Of a DNA stretch of 53,517 nt, positions 19,662-31,328 are shown piece by piece (the first letter of the stretch is position 1; each line of letters begins with the position of its first letter). The translations under genes and the position numbers were made by a program. A model generated the notes under the pieces. That model worked only from the letters and a program-made list of their open reading frames with translations, made no database searches and was not told where the DNA came from. This stretch comes from Macrostomum lignano (taxonomy: Eukaryota), in the NCBI GenBank assembly GCA_002269645.1, contig NIVC01004242.1:1-53517 (forward strand), written 5' to 3'.

Positions 19662-20212
19662 CTCGTAATTCATTGCCTGGAAGTTGCCACGTCAAACCAT
19701 TTAGAATGGAAATTACGCACGTTTTTTGTTATTTTGCACTCAATTTCAAATGCGTGTAAAAAGTTTGACATTAAACTCGACTGATTGGCATTCAAATCGG
19801 CGCCAGTTCACAGCAGAAAAATTTTATTATAACAAATTTGCCTATTATGTTTCAACAAATTGGTGTTTTTAAGTTTTTGTTACTTCTCAAACGCAAAAAA
19901 TGAAACGCCAGTGACTCATATTTTGAGAAGAAAAATCGATTAACCTCTGTAGGGTTAAAATCCGGTGATTATTCATGAAAATTGTGCTTTCTACCAGAAA
20001 AACTCAACAAAAATAGCCCGCACTACTGACAGTAGAAATGTTCGATAAACTTTCCCCTATGTATGAAATATTAAAAATTGACGTCAAGTGCATTTTTCAT
20101 GGAATTTAAGACTTCTTTAAGGAATGGAACAATATGATTATGAATATGACTCATCAATTCAAAAAGTCTCGGTTTGTGCAAGTTGTGCAACTGAACACTG
20201 GAAGCTTGCTGA

Positions 20213-23200
20213 CTAATTCTCCGCAGTGCTGACTGAGTCACCGGACACCAGGTAAAGGTCTTCCGTGCTCAGCTCACTGATTTGCCTCAGCGACTCCAGC
20301 TGCTTGTCGATGCGAAAGAAACGGTTCGTGTTTGTGGCTGCAGTTGGCCAGAGGGGGATGGGAGTGGTGGATGCTCTCGTGAATGAACGCGCACGGTTGG
20401 TTTTTGTGAATGGCGATGGTTGACGTTTGTGAATGGTGACGATTGATGTTTGTGAACGGTGACGATTGATGTTTGTGAATGGTGATGATTGATGTTTGTG
20501 AATGGTGATGATTGATGTTTGTGAATGGTGATGATTGATGTTTGTGAATGGTGATGATTGATGTTTGTGAATGGTGATGATTGATGTTCGTGAACGGTGA
20601 CGATTGATGTTTGTGTATGGTGATGATTGATGTTTGTGAATGGTGATGATTGATGTTTGTGAATGGTGATGATTGATGTTTGTGTATGGTGATGATTTAT
20701 GTTTGTGAATGGTGACGATTGATGTTTGTGAACGGTGACGATTGATGTTTGTGAATGGTGATGGTTGACGTTTGTGAATGGTGATGGTTGACGTTTGTGA
20801 ATGGTGACGATTGATGTTTGTGAACGGTGACGATTAATGTTTGTGAATGGTGATGGTTGACGTTTGTGAATGGTGACGATTGATGTTTGTGAATGATGAT
20901 GATTGATGTTTGTGAATGGTGATGATTGATGTTTGTGAATGGAGATGATTGATGTTCGTGAATGATGATGATTGATGTTTGTGAATGGTTGTAATTGGTT
21001 TTTGTGACTGTGGAGGTTGATGTTTGTCAACGCTCTCAACTGGTGTTTCTGAATGGTGATTGTTGATGCTTGTGAACGCGCACTGTGCCAAGCAAAGTAG
21101 AATTCAGAGAGCTCACAGTCCAGGAATAGCCAGTCGTTATCAAGTTTAAAACTTCTCCTCTGACATGTGTCGCTGAATTCCTGGGTAATGCGAATTTCGG
21201 CAGTTTAAGAGAGCTTCTGATAACAAATGTTAACTATGAGGAGCAGCAGACATGGGGCTTTGATAGCTAACAGCAGTTTAGGAGTAGCTAACAGGCAGTT
21301 TAGGAATAGCTAAAGGCAGTTAAGGAGTAGCTAACGGGCAGTTTAGGAGTAGCTAACAGGCAGTTTAGGAATAGCTAAAGGCAGTTTAGGAGTAGCTAAC
21401 AGGCAGTTTAGGAATAGCTAACAGGCAGTTTAGGAGTAGCTAACAGGCAGTTTAGGAATAGCTAAAGGCAGTTTAGGAGTAGCTAACGGGCAGTTTAGGA
21501 GTAGCTAACAGGCAGTTTAGGAATAGCTAAAGGCAGTTTAGGAGTAGCTAACGGGCAGTTTAGGAGTAGCTAACAGGCAGTTTAGGAATAGCTAAAGGCA
21601 GTTTAGGAGTAGCTAACAGGCAGTTTAGGAATAGCTAACAGGCAGTTTAGGAGTAGCTAACAGGCAGTTTAGGAATAGCTAACGGGCAGTTTAGGAGTAG
21701 CTAACAGGCAGTTTAGGAATAGCTAACAGCAGTTTAGGAGTAGCTAACAGGCAGTTTAGGAGTAGCTAACAGGCAGTTTAGGAATAGCTAAAGGCAGTTT
21801 AGGAGTAGCTAACAGGCAGTTTAGGAATAGCTAAAGGCAGTTTAGGAGTAGCTAACAGGCAGTTTAGGAATAGCTAAAGGCAGTTAAGGAGTAGCTAACG
21901 GGCAGTTAAGAAGTAGCTAACAGGCAGTTTAGGAGTAGCTAACAGGCAGTTTAGGAATAGCTAAAGGCAGTTTAGGAGTAGCTAACAGGCAGTTTAGGAA
22001 TAGCTAAAGGCAGTTTAGGAGTAGCTAACAGGCAGTTTAGGAATAGCTAAAGGCAGTTAAGGAGTAGCTAACGGGCAGTTAAGAAGTAGCTAACAGGCAG
22101 TTTAGTAGTAGCTAACTGGCAGTTTAGAGTAGCTAACGGGCAGTTTAGAGTAGCTAACGGGCAGTTTAGAGTAGCTAACGGGCAGTTTAGAGTAGCTAAC
22201 GGGCAGTTTAGAGTAGCTAACGGGCAGTTTAGGAGTAGCTACCGGGCAGTTTAGGAATAGCTAAAGGCAGTTAAGGAGTAGCTAACGGGCAGTTAAGAAG
22301 TAGCTAACAGGCAGTTTAGGAGTAGCTAACAGGCAGTTTAGGAATAGCTAAAGGCAGTTAAGGAGTAGCTACCGGGCAGTTTAGGAGTAGCTAAGGGGCA
22401 GTTTAGAGTAGCTAACTGGCAGTTTAGAATAGCTAACGGGCAGTTTAGAGTAGCTAACGGGCAGTTTAGAGTAGCTAACGGGCAGTTTAGAATAGCTAAC
22501 GGGCAGTTTAGAGTAGCTAACGGGCAGTTTAGGAGTAGCTAACGGGCAGTTTAGGAGTAGCTAACGGGCAGTTTAGGAGTAGCTAACGGGCAGTTTAGGA
22601 GTAGCTAACGGGCAGTTTAGAAGTAGCTAACAGGCAGTTTAGGAGTAGCTAACGGGCAGTTTAGGACTAGCTAACGGGCAGTTTAGGAGTAGCTAACAGG
22701 CAGTTTAGGAGTAGCTAACGGGCAGTTTAGGAGTAGCTAACGGGCAGTTTAGGAGTAGCTAACAGGCAGTTTAGGAGTAGCTAACGGGCAGTTTAGGAGT
22801 AGCTAACAGGCAGTTTAGGAGTAGCTAACGGGCAGTTTAGGAGTAGCTAACGGGCAGTTTAGGAGTAGCTAACGGGCAGTTTAGGAGTAGCTAACAGGCA
22901 GTTTAGGAGTAGCTAACGGGCAGTTTAGGAGTAGCTAACGGGCAGTTTAGGAGTAGCTAACGGGCAGTTTAGGAGTAGCTAACGGGCAGTTTAGGAGTAG
23001 CTAACAGGCAGTTTAGGAGTAGCTAATAGGCAGTTTAGGAGTAGCTAACGGGCAGTTTAGGAGTAGCTAACGGGCAGTTTAGGAGTAGCTAACGGGCAGT
23101 TTAGGAGTAGCTAACGGGCAGTTTAGGAGTAGCTAACGGGCAGTTTAGGAGTAGCTAACGGGCAGTTTAGGAGTAGCTAACGGGCAGTTTAGGAGTGCCT

Positions 23201-23548
23201 TACCTGCCGCAGCCTGTCAACATGCTGTCTAACTTGGCTAAGGCTGGCATCGGCTTCAACGAGTACAATGCCCAACGGATACGCTGCAAGTAGTGCATGT
23301 TGCGCGCTTGTAAATGGCAAAAACCATAATTAATCAAAATGATTGCTCAAATAATTTTGCTCACACGCAAGCATCAGGCTCGGCTTGTCAAACTGCAGTC
23401 GCTCAAAGTCATCAATGGACACCGTGGACACTTGGATCCTCAGTCGGCCACCGGGAGGCTGAGAAAGCAGCGGCTGGAGCGGACTGCGAAAAGTGATGGA
23501 GGGGAGGATGGATTGAGCCGTACATGTACATCCGGCCCGGTCAAAGGG
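20213..23548 (-). CDS. dgk: DGK C-terminal exons 23548-23524, 23458-23365, 23283-23204, 21180-21117, 20337-20242/20213
   Basis: [35 protein letters not shown] and RFFRIDK..DLYL resemble the post-catalytic region of DGKzeta (LRIQVSRVSM.., WCFLD, RFYRID); phases consistent. Confidence 0.8.
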
Positions 23549-26500
23549 CTAAAAATTTGAAGATAATTTTCAGTTCTGAGGTCAAAGAGAAGGGGAAAGA
23601 AAAAAAATTGTTAGAAAAAATTATCCCTTTGAGTCATTGCACTGCCTTTGCGCAGATCCCGCTGCGGCTCGGAGGCAATCGAGCGCTTTTTCATTCTATC
23701 TGAATGCCAACAGGGCCGACTGCGACCACTCAGGCTGTGCTTCCCTGTCTGCTGCTCTCTGCCTCTCTGCCTCTCTGCCTCTCTGCCTCTCTGCCTCTCT
23801 GCCTCTCTGCTTCTCTGCCTCTCTGCCTCTCTGTCTCTGCCTCTCTGCCTCTCTGCCTCTCTGCCTCTGCCTCTCTGCCTCTCTGCCTCTCTGCCTCTCT
23901 GCCTCTCTGCCTCTCTGCCTTTCTGCCTCTCTGCCTCTCTGCCTCTCTGTCTCTGCCTCTCTGCCTCTCTGCCTCTGCCTCTCTGCCTCTCTGTCTCTCT
24001 GCCTCTCTGCCTCTCTGCCTCTCTGCCTCTGCCTCTCTGCCTCTCTGCCTCTCTGCCTCTCTGCCTCTCTGCCTCTCTGCCTCTCTGTCTCTGCATCTCT
24101 GCCTCTCTGCCTCTCTGTCTCTCTGTCTCTGCATCTCTGCCTCTCTGTCTCTGCCTCTCTGCCTCTCTGTCTCTGCCTCTCTGCCTCTCTGCCTCTCTGC
24201 CTCTCTGCCTCTCTGTCTCTGCCTCTCTGCCTCTCTGCCTCTCTGCCTCTCTGCCTCTCTGCCTCTCTGCCTCTCTGCCTCTCTGCCTCTCTGCCTCTCT
24301 GCCTCTCTGCCTCTCTGCCTCTCTGCCTCTGCCTCTCTGCCTCTCTGTCTCTGCATCTCTGCCTCTCTGCCTCTCTGTCTCTCTGTCTCTGCATCTCTGC
24401 CTCTCTGTCTCTGCCTCTCTGCCTCTCTGTCTCTGCCTCTCTGCCTCTCTGCCTCTCTGCCTCTCTGCCTCTCTGTCTCTGCCTCTCTGCCTCTCTGTCT
24501 CTCTGTCTCTGCATCTCTGCCTCTCTGTCTCTGCCTCTCTGCCTCTCTGTCTCTGCCTCTCTGCCTCTCTGCCTCTCTGCCTCTCTGCCTCTCTGTCTCT
24601 GCCTCTCTGCCTCTCTGCCTCTCTGCCTCTCTGCCTCTCTGCCTCTCTGCCTCTCTGCCTCTCTGCCTCTCTGCCTCTCTGCCTCTCTGCCTCTCTGCTT
24701 CTCTGCCTCTCTGCCTCTCTGCCTCTCTGCCTCTCTGCTTCTCTGCCTCTCTGCCTCTGCCTCTCTGCCTCTCTGTCTCTGCCTCTCTGCCTCTCTGCCC
24801 CTTTGTCTCTGTCTCTCTGTCTCTTCTTTTGTCAGAACGGTATATAGCCAGCTGGTCTTTTTTTCGACACTCACTCGGCGATGACGGGCACGCTGCCTCG
24901 TCGCTTCGGCTTCATCACTACCCGGGTTTGGTTTCGCCAGGAGATGTCGATCACTGATGGCTGCAGTCGCCAGGGCTCGCCGTCGATCTAGGGTATGAAA
25001 AGCATTCGGGTACTCAGGTGTTTAAGGTATCTAGGGCCGGGGGGGCAGTACCCAGTGGGACAATTGTGCAGATTGCCTCGAGTTGGCCCAAAGCACCTGA
25101 ATGTTTAGCAGAAGTTAAGCACAGCTGGCTACGGTTAGCAAATGGTAGACTATGATGAACTTCCTTGTTCACCCTGCTGTGATAAGGGTAACACACGTTG
25201 AGAGGTTGTCTTAGAAGTGTACAAGCTGTGCGGGCACCGCACCAGGCCATCCTTGCAGTGGGTCAGGTGTGTTTTTATCAGTATGAGCCATTATTTATTT
25301 CTGAAAAGGTCTGTTCTGCTTCTAAAAGAATTCCATGATCCAGATCGGGTCAGATGTGTTCAAGGACGACCTAAGTAAACGGATTGGAAACTTGGTTTCT
25401 TTAGAAAAATTAGGGTTTTGCGCGAAAATGCACTACGGAGATAAAGGCTACGGAGATCATAAGTCCCAAAGTACATGTGTCTAAAATCACAAAAATAAGT
25501 AAAATAACAACAAAAATAATTTCTAGCTAATTGGTTCTTCCTTTCATTGCCTTTATATTTATTAAACTGCAGCACCAACAATAATGGAAAATAACTGATG
25601 CATTTTCATTAAACAACAAGTCCACTACGCTCGTATTGTCCTAAAGCAGTATTCTAAAGCAAAATTTTATACTTTTGTTTATAAATGCATAGATTCGGAC
25701 TATATATAAACAAAAATATTGAATACAGCTTATACTCAAATTCATGCTAGATTTTTTAATAAATTAGAAGGACTATTTGAATTACATAATAATAAGGCCA
25801 AGTAAAAAAAAATAATTTTTTCATTTCGGTACCCCTTCCGGCTTTTCGACATATCTACATATTTACCTAAAAATATTCAATATAAATAAACAAAAAAATA
25901 ATAAAGCAAAAGACAGAGACCTAAATATTAAAATAAAATAAAATAAAAGATCCTATAAAAAACTCTAGATCACTTTTTGTGCCGAAACAATGAAAAGTTC
26001 CCATGTCCGTAGTGCATTTTTCTCACAAAATCGGCCCCAATTTTTTTTTAAGAAACGAAAGTACTTTTGCTTGAGTTGTCTTTCAATGCACTAAAGAACC
26101 GCCACTCATTCCCCATCTTGAGCATTTCCCTGCCAACCAACCTGAATCGGAATGGGCTTCATCGTGCTGACTCTTGCAGTCTTGCACTGGCACAGCCTGT
26201 GCCCGTGACCGCCCATCTGCACGGTTGCCTGCGAGCAGAAAGTTGCGGTTGACTTGCCTTGAGAATTTGTTAATTACAATCACTATATCCCTTATTAAAA
26301 CCCTTTTTGAGAGTCTGACAGTACTATTTTTGCATCTGTGCCCAATTCAGAACAGTATTGATTGAGCTGATCTCTTGTTTTCTTCCTCTGTATCCTGACT
26401 CAAACCTTCACCCAAACCCTAACACTGGCTCTAACCCTAACCCTAACTCTGGCTCTAACCCTAACCCTAACCCTAACTCTGGCTCTAACCCTAACCCTAA

Positions 26501-29500
26501 CCCTAACTCTGGCTCTAACCCTAACCCTGACTCTGGCTCTAACCCTAACCCTAACCCTAACTCTGGCTCTAACCCTAACCCTAACCCTGACTCTGGCTCT
26601 AACCCTAACCCTAACCCTGACTCTGGCTCTAACCCTAACCCTAACCCTGACTCTGGCTCTAACCCTAACCCTAACTCTAACCTTGACTCTAACGAAGCCC
26701 TGGCATCTAACCCTGAAGATAATGGGCTGTGCAGCCGCTCCTAAATTACCAGGTGACTGGAGCTGAACCCGATTACTTCAACGCTGCCATCGTCGTGTCT
26801 CTGGGGCTCGAATCCCTGACTACAGGCTGGACTGCCCCACGGAGTAGCGCCAGCGCTGTACTTGGCAATGTTGAGAAACAGGATCGACGTGGCCCGGAGC
26901 TCCCGGATTCGATCTGTGTAGTCGGTGCCGTCGCACTGTCGGATGAAGTTTCAATTTGAAATGGACAGCTTACGTTCATTTTTTACACTGCATTGAAACA
27001 GCTATGCGATGAATGATCTTGCTATCTGTTCTATTCATCCAGAGCATTTTCCTTCTTCCTTTCTATATTTTTAGATAGGTGGTTGTAGCCTAGTGGTCTG
27101 AGCGTCGGACTCACGACTGAAGGATCGGGGGTTCGATTCCCGATCCCACTGTAACAATTTGTGTCATTGAGCAAGACATTTAACTCTGCATTGCTTCAGT
27201 TCACCCAGCTGTAAAATGGGTGCCAGCATTAGCTGGGGTAATTGAGGGTGTGTGGCGACCCCCCAGTTCTTGGAATGAACAACCGTACGCAGCTTTCAGA
27301 TGCGCCGCGCAATAGCTACGGCTGAGCTGTCGGTTGGGGACGGTTGCACATCTGGCCCAATGGGGGCAGATGTAATCAATTTTTTTTCAGCTTCATTCTC
27401 CTCTCGTTCTTCACCTTCCCCACCTTCCTCTTCTTCTCATTCTCTTCATATTCTTCCTTTAGTCTTTTCCCCGTTCTATGAGAAAATAAACTCTGGTTTT
27501 GACACTAAAATTTTCTTACCTCCAAGCCGACGAACTGACTCAGATCTCTCCACTGTCTGGTGATGACGGATCTCGACCCTTCCTAGAATTAATAATCAAA
27601 TAAAGTACAACTGTATGGAGGCACAGGGAAGTTAGGCTTATTATACGAGAGCAATTTTGAAAAAGTTTCGGAAATACGTGTAATGATACGAGTAACTAGG
27701 CACGCACCCCTGCGTAGAACATCATGTTCCTGAGGCGGCTGTTAAACCTTTCCGGATTGGCTTCTGAAAATCAGAGGCAGCGATGGGGCGAATACGCCAT
27801 GTCAGTAGCAGTAGTTCAACTGTAATTTACAATCAACATCGAGCCTCGAACCTCTAGACTCGTGAAACTCCAAAGCAACAGCCGCGTCGGCACCGAGGCT
27901 GAAGTAGTTGTTGAAGACATTCAGAGGCGGCTGGTCGTACGGAGGCGACTGCTCCTCGTCTTCAGATGCCTGAGATGCCGCACTGCTGGGGTGGGCCGCG
28001 AAGCTAATGTTCCACCTGCGAGAGGCGAGAAAATCTGAGACGATGAAACCAACCAACCAACCAACCAACCAACCAACCAACCAACCAACCAACCAACCAA
28101 CCAACCAACCAACCAACCAACCAACCAACCAACCAACCAACCAACCAACCAACCAACCAACCAACCAACCAACCAACCAACCAACCAACCAACCAACCAA
28201 CCAACCAACCAACCAACCAACCAACCAACCAACCAACCAACCAACCAACCAACCAACCAACCAATCAATCAATCAATCAATCAACCAACCAACTCACCGA
28301 TCGAGCTGAGCAATCCGGCCTTCCTCCACACAGCAGAGCACCTTCGTCAGTGACTCGTCAGCGTAGCCGCTGCCCCAGCCGAGCGTCCTTGCCAGGTCGT
28401 TTCCGGTACCCAGAGGCAGGATGGCCACTGGCGGCCCGGGTTCAATGCCCAAATTGTCTATGGTCGAGAGCACCCAGCCCACCGTGCCATCGCCGCCGCA
28501 TACCAGCAACCGGAGATTCGGCGCCCCGCGGTACAGCTCCAGAGCTAGGCGAGGCCCACCACAGGCGGTCAAGTCAAACACCTGTCGCGGGTTGAGCAGC
28601 CACTGGAACTTGCGCATTAGCCGGGGCCCCTGGTTGCCGCCGGATTTCGGGTTGATCAGTACAACGATGGGCGTTGTCGGTTGTCCCGGCGTCGTCTGCA
28701 GGCGGAAGCAGTCCAACGATTCATCGTCAACGGCGAGCTTGACAATCCAAGCCGGGGGCACCGTGATGGAGGCAAGGGGACCCAGACTGCAGCACTCGCT
28801 CAGCAGCGGCTGGGTGAAGCAGCCGATCTTGTTATGATAGGCGGCTTTGCACCAGCTGCAAGCGATGGCCACGACGTCCTTGTTGGCGTTGAAAGCGAAC
28901 TTCTGCTGGAATGTCTGGCGGTCGGGTTAAGGGGACTAGCCGTCCGATTTCCGATTTACCATTCATCTGTCTTGTCCGATTCGCAGTCACAATCACAGTG
29001 TCTTCCATTTGGGAATTCCTCTCGTTCTCACTCTCCTTCATTCACACCTACCACCAATTTCTTTTCACTCGCAACCTCCCAATTTATCTCTACCCAGTCC
29101 CAATCCATTTTCTCTCTCGAATGTCATCATCTCATCATTAATTTATCCCTAATATGCGCTGATCCAGTGGGGATATTCAGGATGCACCTGGGTCCCCCCC
29201 GGTGGATCTACGAGCCGGCAAAGTTCTCGGCGCGAGTGCGAAATCGCCGAAAAGTAGACGCCTCCTCGGGAGAGCGCTAAGTGCGACAGCCTGCCGCTCC
29301 AGGACCGGCGATGCCTCAGAAGTGACGCACTTTCATCTCCCTGGGCTCATCATTCTCAAGGGACCAAAAAATTAAGTTGGGAACGTTGGGTCGTCCACGT
29401 CTCACCTCTTGATCGGCATGTATGGGGGAGGGGAGGTTCTGATCCAGGGCTCCAGTGGGAGTGGGAGTGGGATCAGTTTTTTTTCTCGATCCCATTTCAT

Positions 29501-31217
29501 CCCATCCTTCTTCCCGCTGATCCCCTCTCCGAAAGAGACTTTGACCGCCGCATGGAGGAGAGATTTCTGCGGAGACTTCAACTTCAACTTTGTTCAAGCC
29601 TAATGCGAACTGAGATGCCCAAGGTGCGGCCAATAAAGCCAAGACAGTCGCCGGGGCGGGCCGTGGAGTGACGGGGAAGGCATGGAGACCGACCGAGCAA
29701 GGGAAAGAGATAGGGCAATTTTTTGTCTGAAGACGCATTATGCCTCCCCGTAGGCCTGCAACCTGCCTCCTTTGCTGCATGCCCCGGCCCGGCCCTCCCT
29801 GCCATCTTGCATCTTTTCCTGCGCTCGTAAAACCCGTAGCTACCCGTCTCCTGAGTCCCATGAAGCGTCGCGTGTGTGCGCGCGTATGCCGCACCTCTTC
29901 AACTCTCTCTTCATATTCTCGCCCGGCTGTGCCCGCCGCCGCTCCCCCACCCACCCCAGGGGAATTTGCAAGGCTGGAGAGGGGCAAGGTAGATCGGCTA
30001 ATCAAGTTTAGCTCGCAGACGAGGCCTTGTCCTGAGACAGCTACTCAGCTAGCGAGGGGGCGGCAGGCGGCACTGCTGCTGCATTCTTGCGAGCTCACTT
30101 TGCCGCAGGACTTGCACTTTCCCGTCGGCCTGCGCCTGTGCACCCAGTGGTGACGGGCGAGCACCTGGAAATCAAAAAAATTAGTAGCTTATCATGCAGG
30201 CATCTGATTACAGAGCATTTTGGTCTTCCTGTTATAAAGTCTCATTCAAAGAAGTCTCACCTCATCCTGAGTTGCAGCGCCAAAGTTGACAGGCTCGACT
30301 GATGCAGAGTCGCGGAATGTCAGCTTGCAACGGAATAGCATCTGAAAGTTGCGTTCGAATTTTATTGTTAGTGCATTTCGTAGTTTTCAGAGGCGCATGC
30401 ACGGATCAACACACTACGAGTGGATATTTAATCAATTTGTCGATCCGCACTCGCTTTGATCTGCCGGCGAAACAAGATCCATTTGACGAGCACGCGATGC
30501 GATGCCAGGTCGATAAATGGAAGAAGAGAAGCGATGGCGAGCCCAGGCAGTGAGGCACACTCTGGGCCATCTCAATGGCCGCTTCAGCAACAGAAGCAGT
30601 CGATCGCAGTGAAGATGAAATCTGATTCCCGAGAAGCAGGAGGTGAGAGGAAGAGAACTGTAGAGAGAGGGGGGGGGTCCGCACCCAGATCTGGGAAGGA
30701 GGGGAAGGCATGGAGGGCGCAAGTGCACAGGGACGTGGTTTAAAAAATTTCCCAGAAAGCACCATTTAATTTAACATTGAAATTAGTAAATAAAAACCAG
30801 ATTACAGAACTAAAGTGCGCAGAAAAACATCGACCTACTAAGTTTTGGAGCCGCTGACTGCGTTCCCACGGGGTCCTTGGGCTTTGACAGTGTGTTCCGC
30901 CCGCCCAGCCCCGTCTCTTTTGCTTGCTTTTGCCCGATGGGATTTTCCCAGCTGGTTGCGCAAACATGTACCCGATTCAAATTTCCCTTGAAGTGATCCC
31001 GGCCCTCAATCTGCCGCGTTCACTGCGCCCTCTGTGATTTCTTGTTGTTTTACATGTACAACATTTACAAGACAAACTTAGATGAAATTATAATTTGAAA
31101 AAGAATTTTTTTAACATTTTAGATTCGTATTTGACAAGGACAGAAACAGACAGACACACACACAGACAGACAGACAGACACACAGACAGACAGACAGACA
31201 CACAGACAGACAGACAC

Positions 31218-31248
<31 letters not shown>

Positions 31249-31249
31249 C

Positions 31250-31328
<79 letters not shown>

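Noticed and set aside
23611-24957. REAERQRG / LPLCLSAS long ORFs
   Set aside because: An 8-bp satellite translated in several frames; intronic.
26358-26744. NPNPN-repeat ORF resembling circumsporozoite-type proteins
   Set aside because: Translation of CCCTAA telomeric hexamers on the antisense strand of a DGK intron.
27081-27160. tRNA gene
   Set aside because: A and B boxes are present, but there is no complete cloverleaf or acceptor stem; it is the head of a multi-copy SINE.
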